Virus record (IMG/VR): IMGVR_UViG_3300022602_000027
Reading direction: 5' to 3' (one strand)
From: a virus
Lineage: Duplodnaviria; Caudoviricetes
DNA length: 64,000 nucleotides
Shown: piece by piece, positions 1-8,470 of the stretch
Numbering within the stretch: the stretch's first letter is position 1
How the letters are laid out: each line of letters opens with the position of its first letter
Program-made: the position numbers and the translations under genes
The notes under the pieces: generated by a model
Told to the model about the DNA's origin: nothing
Database searches by the model: none
Seen by the model: only the letters and a program-made list of their open reading frames with translations

Positions 1-208
1 AATCAATAGGCATAGCTACTTCGTCTTCGCCGATTCTTAAAACCATTGCAGGCGAATTGAAGCTTTCTAAGAATATTAAAGGCATAAACATAAAATCTGG
101 GTCTGCTGGTGAACTATTATCTAGTACTGCAAAACGAGTATTTTCGTCTACTTCTTCAGGTAAATTGTTTAATGAGAATGTTTCGTTATCTAATGTTAAT
201 ATCTGCAT
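1..208 (-). CDS. Hypothetical protein, 5' part only (runs off the left edge; absent from the ORF track)
   Basis: ATG at 208-206 after an AAGGA Shine-Dalgarno, just downstream of the uvsW stop. Frame is open to the window edge: MQILTLDNETFSLNNLPEEVDENTRFAVLDNSSPADPDFMFMPLIFLESFNSPAMVLRIGEDEVAMPID. Confidence 0.75.
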   Translation of the reverse strand, partial: MQILTLDNETFSLNNLPEEVDENTRFAVLDNSSPADPDFMFMPLIFLESFNSPAMVLRIGEDEVAMPID

Positions 209-214
209 GATTCC

Positions 215-1684
215 TTATTTTTGCCAATCTACTTTTTCTAAAGTAAATGGATATTTGGCATCCTTGTAAAATTTCTTCCTCGTTGTGAGGTGACGTTTTG
301 CAAATTTACAAGTCGAAGTTAGATCCCAGATCTGGACGAAATCTTTGTCCTCTGCTTTCCTAATACCGCGTCCAATAGATTGTATAACGCGGACAAAGCT
401 CTTTCCGGGTTCCAGAAGAACCAAATTAAAGATCCGAGGAATATTAATACCCACAGCGGCCACACCATAAGTCGCCACAGTAATTTTATTATCACTTGTT
501 GCATGTTCTTTATATTCCTCTTTTCTCTTTGTTCCTTTAACTTCGCCTGAAATAAACACAGCGTCGTCTATCATTTCTGTTAATAATTTGCCTGTATCAA
601 TCCTGTTAACTAGGATTAGTGTATTGCCTGATTCCGATAAGCCTTTAACGAGTTTACTAATATATGTCATCCTGTCTTTGTTAGTGACAAGATATTTTAA
701 TTCTTCTTGATAGGATCTAAATTCTGGTAAATCTATCATTTGTAGCACGTTTACATGAAGATTACTTAATATACCCATCTCCTGTAGCTGATGTGCTTTA
801 ATGCCGCCTACTACTGGTCCGATTGATGCAAAAATAGGTTGTGCTTCAAAATCATCTTTAGGAACTGTACCAGTTAGTCCCCAACGTATAGGAGCATTAC
901 ATAAATTCTGTGTAAGTAAATTCTTAAGAACTTCTGCTTTTGCCATGTGAACTTCATCAACAATAACAGTAGCAACACCATCTAAAAACTCTGCCAATGT
1001 TACTGCTAATTCTGCGTCCCAGTTCTTACTTTTCTTATCTAGGATGTTTAAACTTTGCCAAGTACAAATGGTATGCTTGTGATTTAACATCTTTCTATCA
1101 CCGTAATACACACCTACGTCTAATCCAACGTTGACAAAGTCTTCTTCTGTTTGTGTAACTAAATCCTTGTTAGGCACAATTACAATAGTACGTCCATATT
1201 TTTCTGCACAATGACTTAATGTTGCTGTCATAATTGTCTTACCGGCACCTGTAGCAACTTCTTGTAGTGCTTGTGTGTTTTCAAAGAATCGATTTACAAC
1301 TTCAACTTGATCGTCACGTAGTACAATAGGTTGCCCAGCAAATCGGTGTCCTTCGGGCCATACTTTACCTTGATCTGCCCAGTAATGAGTTGTTATAGGA
1401 TCAAACGAAATTTTCCCTGCATTTCTTAAATCTTCAACGTCTTCAATTTGAATGTGCATATCATATAATATTTCCATGCACTTTTCTAGCTGACTTAGAT
1501 AGCCGTTGCCACCAAGTCCAAACATACTAACTTTACCATCCCAACGTCCTAACTTATATGCAGGACGATATCTAGCAGTAGGATCTTCATATTTGAAGGT
1601 GTTGGCTAATTTTTTTCGTGCGTCTAGAGATAAGTTTTCAAACTTAATATTAACTTCATCTCTAATAACTAATCTTACTGCCAT
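215..1684 (-). CDS. uvsW: UvsW-like superfamily II DNA helicase
   Basis: Walker A ATGAGKT, DEVH box, motif III LTGT, motif VI QSIGRGIR; 489 aa; in a block with uvsY/uvsX/gp32. Confidence 0.92.
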   Translation of the reverse strand: MAVRLVIRDEVNIKFENLSLDARKKLANTFKYEDPTARYRPAYKLGRWDGKVSMFGLGGNGYLSQLEKCMEILYDMHIQIEDVEDLRNAGKISFDPITTHYWADQGKVWPEGHRFAGQPIVLRDDQVEVVNRFFENTQALQEVATGAGKTIMTATLSHCAEKYGRTIVIVPNKDLVTQTEEDFVNVGLDVGVYYGDRKMLNHKHTICTWQSLNILDKKSKNWDAELAVTLAEFLDGVATVIVDEVHMAKAEVLKNLLTQNLCNAPIRWGLTGTVPKDDFEAQPIFASIGPVVGGIKAHQLQEMGILSNLHVNVLQMIDLPEFRSYQEELKYLVTNKDRMTYISKLVKGLSESGNTLILVNRIDTGKLLTEMIDDAVFISGEVKGTKRKEEYKEHATSDNKITVATYGVAAVGINIPRIFNLVLLEPGKSFVRVIQSIGRGIRKAEDKDFVQIWDLTSTCKFAKRHLTTRKKFYKDAKYPFTLEKVDWQK

Positions 1685-2877
1685 TTGCCAATAACCTTAT
1701 TTTCAAACAAAACTTCTTTGTCGGACCATTCAACTATACAATCACAACAATTAGAGTATACAGCAGTTTTACCATGTCGTAAACCCATTTTGGTGTCTAG
1801 TGCAATAACACTCATAGGTTGCCAAGTATTTTTAAGAAAAAATTTAGGTAGCTTACCACTCATTACAACTGCTACCTTAGTGTCTTTACCTAAATTAGTA
1901 TTATATGATTTGTCTTTGATTAATTGATTAAATTGTTTTCCTACTTCGTCATTAGGTAATCTAAAATACACGCCAATACCATCAAAAATTCCATTTTTTT
2001 CTAAGGCATCATTTAGCATTTCTAAATTTTCTAAATATTTAGAATCAATAAACGTATCAAAGACTACTAGCATTGGAAGACGTTTTAAATTTATTAATGA
2101 TGCAATAACTGACGGCAAATCATAATCTTCCTTACCAATCCATACTTTTGTTTTAGTGCGGTTAGCAATAATTTCAGTTAAATTTTCACCAATTTTACGT
2201 GGAGCTTCGAGTGAGTACTGATATCGCATACTACGGTCAGCAATGATGTTATGATCAATAGCAGTTTCAATACCTAAGTCAGCAGTAATGTGTTTTTGAA
2301 AGTTTTGCCCAGGCATATTGGCAATTAAAAACTGATCAAAAAATGTATTACTCGACCATGATTTTATGGTGTTATAGTGATTTTTTATAGTTTCATCGAT
2401 ATCAAAATTTAATGGTGTAAATGCCTCAACTAGTTTTACAATATTTTTTTCAGTTAAGTCTGCCCAGTATTTCTTACCAGTATTTGATACAATTAGGTTT
2501 TCACAAGTGCGAGTTAAGTCTTGTAAAATTTTACGAATTTGTGATGAAAATGTAAATTCTATAACCATTACTAGTTCATCTTGTGAATTCTTTTCAAGAT
2601 ATATTTTTTTTACTTGTTCAACATACCTAAATGTTTTTGACCAAGTTGGCGCAGTAGTTGCTTCATCAATAGCCTCAGAAAAATTTGATAATTTCTTTTG
2701 ATACTCTTTAAGAATTTTAATTAATAGACGTCCTTGATTCTCTGTTATGAAGTAATTTGCTGTAATAGACTTGTATAGGTTGTTAAGTATATCAAAATCT
2801 TTTTTAGGGAACAAATTCTTAGCATAATCATCTGGGTGATCAATAATTTGTATTAATAGGTTATCTACTGTAGTCAT
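1675..2877 (-). CDS. Hypothetical protein (400 aa)
   Basis: Long ORF overlapping the uvsW start by 10 bp, with its own promoter-like element; no motif recognised. Confidence 0.75.
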   Translation of the reverse strand: MTTVDNLLIQIIDHPDDYAKNLFPKKDFDILNNLYKSITANYFITENQGRLLIKILKEYQKKLSNFSEAIDEATTAPTWSKTFRYVEQVKKIYLEKNSQDELVMVIEFTFSSQIRKILQDLTRTCENLIVSNTGKKYWADLTEKNIVKLVEAFTPLNFDIDETIKNHYNTIKSWSSNTFFDQFLIANMPGQNFQKHITADLGIETAIDHNIIADRSMRYQYSLEAPRKIGENLTEIIANRTKTKVWIGKEDYDLPSVIASLINLKRLPMLVVFDTFIDSKYLENLEMLNDALEKNGIFDGIGVYFRLPNDEVGKQFNQLIKDKSYNTNLGKDTKVAVVMSGKLPKFFLKNTWQPMSVIALDTKMGLRHGKTAVYSNCCDCIVEWSDKEVLFENKVIGKWQ

Positions 2878-2884
2878 ATTAGTT

Positions 2885-2913
2885 AGTGTACACTGACAAA
2901 GTTATAAATGCAA
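2885..2913 (-). promoter_or_regulatory. Sigma70-like promoter TTGCAT-N17-TACACT, 7 nt upstream of the ATG at 2877
   Basis: -35 at 2913-2908, -10 at 2890-2885, 17-bp spacer; the -10 lies in the perfect palindrome AGTGTACACT (2885-2894). Confidence 0.5.
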
Positions 2914-2921
2914 CCATTTAG

Positions 2922-2954
2922 AAAAAAATAGGCCTCAATATTATTTAAGGCCTA
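2922..2954 (-). terminator. Intrinsic terminator after uvsY
   Basis: Minus strand TAGGCCT-12 nt loop-AGGCCTA followed by T7. Confidence 0.7.
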
Positions 2955-2978
2955 CGGTATACCTTTTGGGCAAATTGA

Positions 2979-3434
2979 TTATAATGTTGCGTCTTCCATA
3001 CCAGCAACACGCAATTTTACAATATTTGTAATTTGCCATTGCTTCTGATCAAGTGCTTTGGTAATACCCAACCACTTGTTGCGTAGAAGAGCAAATTCGT
3101 TGATAATTTTTTCAAAATCGACTACATCTGATTCGCCTTCAACAAACTTTTCACAATCTCGTGAGCTTAGAGCACGTTGATAGTTTTCTAAGTACTTACG
3201 AAAGTGTTGGCTTTTAAGACGACGTAGTTCAATATTGAGATATTCTAAGATTGCTTCAATTTCTTGCAGTTGACTAAATCGTTGTTCGACAATACCGGGC
3301 ATACTTGCCGCGGCACGTTCAACATTACCACTAATACGGCATTCTAATCTTGCATCTTGTAACTCTGCATTAAAATAGTCTGCCGCATCTGGAATATTTG
3401 AAATATCTTTAGCAACCTTAGCGTACCAACTCAT
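2979..3434 (-). CDS. uvsY: UvsY recombination mediator protein
   Basis: 151 aa helical protein with T4 UvsY-like C-terminus (LLRNKWLGITKALDQKQWQITNIVKLRVAG); near uvsX. Confidence 0.75.
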   Translation of the reverse strand: MSWYAKVAKDISNIPDAADYFNAELQDARLECRISGNVERAAASMPGIVEQRFSQLQEIEAILEYLNIELRRLKSQHFRKYLENYQRALSSRDCEKFVEGESDVVDFEKIINEFALLRNKWLGITKALDQKQWQITNIVKLRVAGMEDATL

Positions 3435-3667
3435 TAAAACTCCAGTTCGTCGATATCATCATTGTCTTCACTATCCTCATCGAGGTAGTATTCAATTGCG
3501 CTATCTAAAACAGGATCTACTCCCATAGAACCCTGCATGATTCTATCAGTAGTACCAAAGTCTGCCAATAGATCTACATAACGCTCTGCTACTACTTCGA
3601 CTTGTTTCTTATCGATATAATCAGAAAATAGTACCCAGATATCACCAATTTGTTGTTCATTCAACAT
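3434..3667 (-). CDS. Small acidic hypothetical protein (77 aa)
   Basis: Overlaps the uvsX stop and the uvsY start (coupled junctions); acidic C-terminus. Confidence 0.7.
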   Translation of the reverse strand: MLNEQQIGDIWVLFSDYIDKKQVEVVAERYVDLLADFGTTDRIMQGSMGVDPVLDSAIEYYLDEDSEDNDDIDELEF

Positions 3668-4715
3668 CTTCTTCTTTCTCCTCAGGAATGGTTGTTGTTT
3701 CAGAAGTTTTCAAATGAAATTTATTCATTATCATATCTAATTTATCATCTTTCCATTCTTTTCGGTAGAATTTGAATTCCTCACCTGTCTCTGGATCAAC
3801 CCACTTCAAGCGGTTACCTTCTTGTTTTAATATGCCGGCTTTTTCGCACATATCAACCATACCTGAATAAGGATTCATACCTGTTTCGTATGGAATCTTA
3901 ATTTGCACAGTTTCAAAAGGCTTTGCGTAACGAGTTTTCATAATCTTACAAGCGGCACGAATACCCATTACATCTGACACTTTGTTACCATCCTCATCCT
4001 CTTTGAGTTTGAGTTTTTTCATAGCAACAACAATACTAGATGCGTAAACAAAACCTTGTCCACCTGAAATCTTGTCGTCTGGATCGAACATATCTTGGCT
4101 TGCGTATGTGTGATTTGTACAAACCATACCTACGTTATAATTACCAAACATGTTAACACAATTACGAACAAGAGCGGTTAGTGCTTTAGGCTTACGACCC
4201 ATGTCACCTTTCAAATCACCCGCTTCAAACTGATTAATATCAGTAGGTGTCAAAAGCATACCAAGGCTGTCTATGACAAAGAGGACCTTCGGACGGTCAG
4301 TCATTTCCTTGTATTCTTTCATGAATTCGTGAATGGTTTTTGCTACATCATCAATCATTGCCATGTTGAGTTTGAGCAACTTATCTTCACTTGTATCAAC
4401 ACCAAGTGCCTTTAACCATGCTTCATCTAACGCATTTTCTGTATCAACTAAGATAACATAAATGCCTTGAGCTTGTGCGTTGCGTACTAGGTTACCTGAA
4501 CAGATAAATGATTTTCCTGCACCTGATTCGCCGGCAAATACAGTAACTTTGCCAAGCGGAACACCTTTGTGGAAATCTCCACTGATTAGATAGTTCAGGG
4601 TATAATTACCTGTACTAACCCAATCTGTAGGATCATTAAATCCTACACCTAAACCATCAATTGACTTGGTTAGGGTTTTTCTAAACTTTGATAAATCGAA
4701 GGCTTTTGTAGCCAT
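3657..4715 (-). CDS. uvsX: UvsX/RecA-like recombinase
   Basis: Walker A GESGAGKS, Walker B VIDSLG, NHTY and ISGGQG RecA-family motifs; AGGAG SD. Confidence 0.93.
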   Translation of the reverse strand: MATKAFDLSKFRKTLTKSIDGLGVGFNDPTDWVSTGNYTLNYLISGDFHKGVPLGKVTVFAGESGAGKSFICSGNLVRNAQAQGIYVILVDTENALDEAWLKALGVDTSEDKLLKLNMAMIDDVAKTIHEFMKEYKEMTDRPKVLFVIDSLGMLLTPTDINQFEAGDLKGDMGRKPKALTALVRNCVNMFGNYNVGMVCTNHTYASQDMFDPDDKISGGQGFVYASSIVVAMKKLKLKEDEDGNKVSDVMGIRAACKIMKTRYAKPFETVQIKIPYETGMNPYSGMVDMCEKAGILKQEGNRLKWVDPETGEEFKFYRKEWKDDKLDMIMNKFHLKTSETTTIPEEKEEDVE

Positions 4716-4736
4716 ATTGAATCTCCTAAATGATTA

Positions 4737-4756
4737 TAGGGGACCGAAGTCCCCTA
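4737..4756 (-). other. cUUCGg tetraloop hairpin between gp32 and uvsX
   Basis: Minus strand TAGGGGAC-TTCG-GTCCCCTA with no U-tract; the stable hairpin type typical of T4 intergenic regions. Confidence 0.75.
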
Positions 4757-4765
4757 CCCGTGTGC

Positions 4766-5740
4766 TTACTTCTGACGATTGCGAATCATTGCCAAGATGT
4801 CTTGGGCACGTGAATCACCGCCTGCACTTGCTTCAGCTTTTGGTGCTGATGGAGCAGGTGCTGCCTTAGCCACTGGTGCCTCATCTGGATCGATGCTGTC
4901 ATCAACTGGCGCACTTGCTTTAGGAGTTGCTTTTACAGGATCGCCAGTTGCTTGGCCAATACCTGCTGGTTTGAAATATTGTCCCCAACGGTCCATGTCA
5001 TATGGTTCGCCGTCAACTGATGCTTCAAACATTTCTTTAATAACTTTCAACTCAACTTCACCTGGTTTCTTAGGCAAGAAATCTGACAAGTTATACAATC
5101 CATGTTGCTTAACTGCCGCTTGTTCGGCATCGCTTAGTGGACGCTCACGACGTGCCCAACTTGAAGTTGAGTAGTCAGCATAACCACCTTTAGATGTTTT
5201 CTTCATGCGATAGTCTAAGCCATTGATATAATCAGTTGGCAAATCTTCCAACTCTGGATCCACTAATGCGGCACGAATTGATTGGAAAATTTGAGGTCCA
5301 ATGATAAATCTACGGATTGGGTTTTCTGGAGTTTCTTTTTCTTGAAGTCCGTCTTCTACAACGAAACCTTGGAAAATATAACTACGCTTTTTCCAGTACT
5401 TACGACCCATATCTTCCAATGCTGGATCCTTAAACCAAGGACGCACTTCTGTCAAGATTGGACATGTGTCTCCATACATTTCCATGCATGGTACTTGTAC
5501 TGTGATGTTTTTGCTTTCAGATTCGCCTTTGATACCTGCAAAGGGAAGTTTGATCATTGCACGTTCAACCCAGAAAAATGTGTTATCTGTGTTGCCGTCT
5601 GGTAAGAATCGCAGAACGGATTCGTCACCTTCTTTTAAGTTCCAGAATGCGTAAATTGAATTATCGCCCCCAGTTCTTTCTCCTGAACCTTTTTGCTCAG
5701 ATGCTTTTAGTTTTGCTCGAATTTCAGCCAAAGTTGCCAT
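4766..5740 (-). CDS. gp32: gp32-like single-stranded DNA-binding protein
   Basis: RFLP motif, CxxxxGDxCP, KRYW-like RKYWKKRSY, flexible Ala/Pro-rich C-terminal linker; next to uvsX. Confidence 0.85.
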   Translation of the reverse strand: MATLAEIRAKLKASEQKGSGERTGGDNSIYAFWNLKEGDESVLRFLPDGNTDNTFFWVERAMIKLPFAGIKGESESKNITVQVPCMEMYGDTCPILTEVRPWFKDPALEDMGRKYWKKRSYIFQGFVVEDGLQEKETPENPIRRFIIGPQIFQSIRAALVDPELEDLPTDYINGLDYRMKKTSKGGYADYSTSSWARRERPLSDAEQAAVKQHGLYNLSDFLPKKPGEVELKVIKEMFEASVDGEPYDMDRWGQYFKPAGIGQATGDPVKATPKASAPVDDSIDPDEAPVAKAAPAPSAPKAEASAGGDSRAQDILAMIRNRQK

Positions 5741-5892
5741 AATATTTCTCCTTTAATATGCCTTTGTTTGCTTTTTATTTGCCTGTATGTTTTACGTCCT
5801 GTAAAACAAAAAGTGCATATACTTTGTAGTATACGCACTTTTATTTAGTATCGCAAGAAGAATCTTGCCTAAAATATGAGTATTTTACTCAA
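5741..5892 (-). promoter_or_regulatory. gp32 leader: overlapping sigma70-like (TTGCGA-N17-TATACT) and late (TAAATA) promoters, hairpins and an A-rich tract
   Basis: -35 at 5856-5851, -10 at 5833-5828, TAAATA at 5847-5842, 15-bp inverted repeat 5809-5842, hairpin GTTTTAC/GTAAAAC, A-rich stretch before AAGGAG. Confidence 0.6.
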
Positions 5893-8460
5893 TTATCTAT
5901 AATGTACCAAACTGACAATTCGTTTCAAATCATCGTAGCTGGTTGTCTCAGCAACTGACTCTTTGCCGACTGATACGTGTACATCTTGCGGATTTCCTGG
6001 TTCTTGATGATGTCCCATTTGATGTCCGTGATCAACTGGTTGGCTTGGATCTAATTTGTCAATCATTGTAATAACTTGTTTGACATGGTGTGGAGTAGCA
6101 CCTTTGAACGCACCATTTTTAAAATCTTTTAAAATTTTAATTTTAGCTCTCATTCCGCCAATTGTAAAATTCTTTTCTTGTGGATTAAAGAAACCGGTAA
6201 TTGATTTCATCATTTCTTCAATTGGAGCATCATGACGAGCTTGTGGTTTCGTTGGCATATCGCAACCACATTCTTCCATTGCTTCACCTAATGTCATTAC
6301 TCTATGTCCAAAATCTAATTTAGTGTTTAAATCAGCGCCTGCTTCAAAAACTCTAATTAGTTTTGCTTTAAGTTTTGCCATGCTTTCTGCTACAGGAGGA
6401 GCCGGAGGCATTGCACCTGTTTCAGGAGCAGTAGGTGCTTCTGCGGGAGGTGCACCTGCTTCTGGTCCTGGAGGAACTTCACCTTCTGGAGGCATTGCAC
6501 CTGCTTCTGGTCCTGGAGGAACTTCACCTTCTGGAGGAGCACCTGCGCCCATATCAGGGGGAACTTCTTCACCGCCTACTGGAACTTCTGGGCTAACATC
6601 TAATGCCTTGCTGGCTATTAATTCTTGTGCAATATCTTTTGCTCTAGGTGCAAAAGGTTCTTGAATTTCACCATCTGCAACATCTTTTAGATATAACTTA
6701 ATTGCAGTGCCGGCATCATCGTTATCAGATAAACCTTTTAAGAATTTTTCTGTAAATTGTTCGCTATCAATAATGCCTTTTAAACTTGCTACAGCATTGA
6801 TGCCATCAACACCTGGCTTTAATCCACCAGCCATTAATTGTTTTAATTGTTCAATAGCTTGTGTTCTTTTAGCAACATCTGGACTAAACAAGTTGTTATT
6901 GCCAATTGCAGTTTCTTCGTCTTCATTCATTAAGCTATCTATGAATGACTCAAATTGATCTTCTGGTAAGTTTGGAACATGGTGTTGTCCTAAACTTCCT
7001 CGAATATCATTTTTCATACGATTTCTTCTATCAGCTGTAAGTTTTCCTTTTGAGCTGCCTTTACTAGATATACTACCATACCCCCAGTTTTCAGGATCGT
7101 TGTGATGTTTAGGTAAATTATTTCTAGTATCTAATGGATCTGTCCATACAGTATCTCTATCAAATGTAGAGCGTTTTTGTCCAGGATCTTTTTTAGGTCT
7201 TTCTTTCATCCCGTACCCGTAATCTATATGATCGTAATCGTCGCTATCGCCTTTCTTTTGAGTAAACAGTTTACCTTTATACTTAGGATCACGCCACTTA
7301 GCAGATTCTTCCATGTCTTCATAATCTTTAGGATCATGTTCATTGTAGTGTAAGTGTTCTAATGCTTCTTGACGGCTCCAGTGATACTTACGCATCAAAT
7401 GTTCAATCTTTGCACTTTCATCATCGTCATCGTGATGATTTTCATCTAATAAATCATCTGGTGATAATTCTTTAACTGGAATTTCGCTTTCGTCTACTAA
7501 ACGGAAAATGTATGGGAACGCTGTTTTTAAATCTTCGTTAAATGTGCGGATTGTTAAACGATCAATCCAGTCATTCATAATTTCTTCTGGAATCATTTGA
7601 TCTTCTGCATCTTCAAATGATTCTGCAAATGCTTCATAATACGAAGGACGTTGTAGCATGGCTACTTCTTTTTTAACAGCTTCAATGCGTTCCATTACAC
7701 GTGGTGTAATGTCATTCATAGCTTCTGCTAAATTACCGTTGCGTGTAACATAGCCTTTGAATTTACGTAATTGTGTTAGTTCTTCTGAAAGGTTTGAAAT
7801 GTGTTGTCCAATTGAATCGTAAGGATTGCCACCATGTTTTAAATGTTCTGCCATTGCACGAGCACCGTTAAGGTGTTTGAATGGATATTTAAAACGCTCA
7901 CCGTCTGCATTTTCAACATAGATGCTGTCAATGTGCATTGTACGTCCAGCGGCAACTTCAGGATTAACAGGTTGACTGTGTTTAATAACTAGGCGAGCTT
8001 CGCCTAAATCTTGATAGCTCATACGAGCATTGCCGTACATCTTACTTTCCATAACAGGTTGTTGCGATTGCATAACTGGTTCTTCCTTAGGTTTCGCTTG
8101 AAAATTATAATCTCGTTTGTCTAGATGATCCTTGCCAATGTTTTGCACATGGAATTTTAATAAGCGATTTTTAGCAAATTGTCTAAAACTGCGAATAAAT
8201 CTAAATGCGCCATAGTGCTTGCTGTCAGCTAATTTTCCACTGATTTGCACAATGATGCCGTCATCTTCGTCTAGTGTAATAGCAATCGTTCCTAACTTTT
8301 CACCACTCTCTTCGTATTCAAACTCAAAGAATCGTGCTTTAGGAATATCGGTTTTTTTGCTTAAAACACCAGCATTTTCATCGCCAATCTTAATGTTAGG
8401 AAAACGTGTTTCAATTTTCCCATACAAATCCTTGGCTATACTATCTAAATTCTTGTTCAT
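5893..8460 (-). CDS. Large acidic hypothetical protein (about 855 aa), probably virion/head-associated
   Basis: Start re-called at ATG 8460 (MNKNL) because TAAATA sits 4 nt upstream and the track start overlaps the terminase gene; Glu/Asp-rich with Pro/Gly/Ala low-complexity segments. Confidence 0.7.
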   Translation of the reverse strand: MNKNLDSIAKDLYGKIETRFPNIKIGDENAGVLSKKTDIPKARFFEFEYEESGEKLGTIAITLDEDDGIIVQISGKLADSKHYGAFRFIRSFRQFAKNRLLKFHVQNIGKDHLDKRDYNFQAKPKEEPVMQSQQPVMESKMYGNARMSYQDLGEARLVIKHSQPVNPEVAAGRTMHIDSIYVENADGERFKYPFKHLNGARAMAEHLKHGGNPYDSIGQHISNLSEELTQLRKFKGYVTRNGNLAEAMNDITPRVMERIEAVKKEVAMLQRPSYYEAFAESFEDAEDQMIPEEIMNDWIDRLTIRTFNEDLKTAFPYIFRLVDESEIPVKELSPDDLLDENHHDDDDESAKIEHLMRKYHWSRQEALEHLHYNEHDPKDYEDMEESAKWRDPKYKGKLFTQKKGDSDDYDHIDYGYGMKERPKKDPGQKRSTFDRDTVWTDPLDTRNNLPKHHNDPENWGYGSISSKGSSKGKLTADRRNRMKNDIRGSLGQHHVPNLPEDQFESFIDSLMNEDEETAIGNNNLFSPDVAKRTQAIEQLKQLMAGGLKPGVDGINAVASLKGIIDSEQFTEKFLKGLSDNDDAGTAIKLYLKDVADGEIQEPFAPRAKDIAQELIASKALDVSPEVPVGGEEVPPDMGAGAPPEGEVPPGPEAGAMPPEGEVPPGPEAGAPPAEAPTAPETGAMPPAPPVAESMAKLKAKLIRVFEAGADLNTKLDFGHRVMTLGEAMEECGCDMPTKPQARHDAPIEEMMKSITGFFNPQEKNFTIGGMRAKIKILKDFKNGAFKGATPHHVKQVITMIDKLDPSQPVDHGHQMGHHQEPGNPQDVHVSVGKESVAETTSYDDLKRIVSLVHYR
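6452..6537. repeat. Exact 41-bp direct repeat, 45-bp period (PPEGEVPPGPEAGA units)
   Basis: gcacctgcttctggtcctggaggaacttcaccttctggagg at 6452-6492 and 6497-6537. Confidence 0.9.
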
Positions 8461-8470
8461 GTTATATTTA

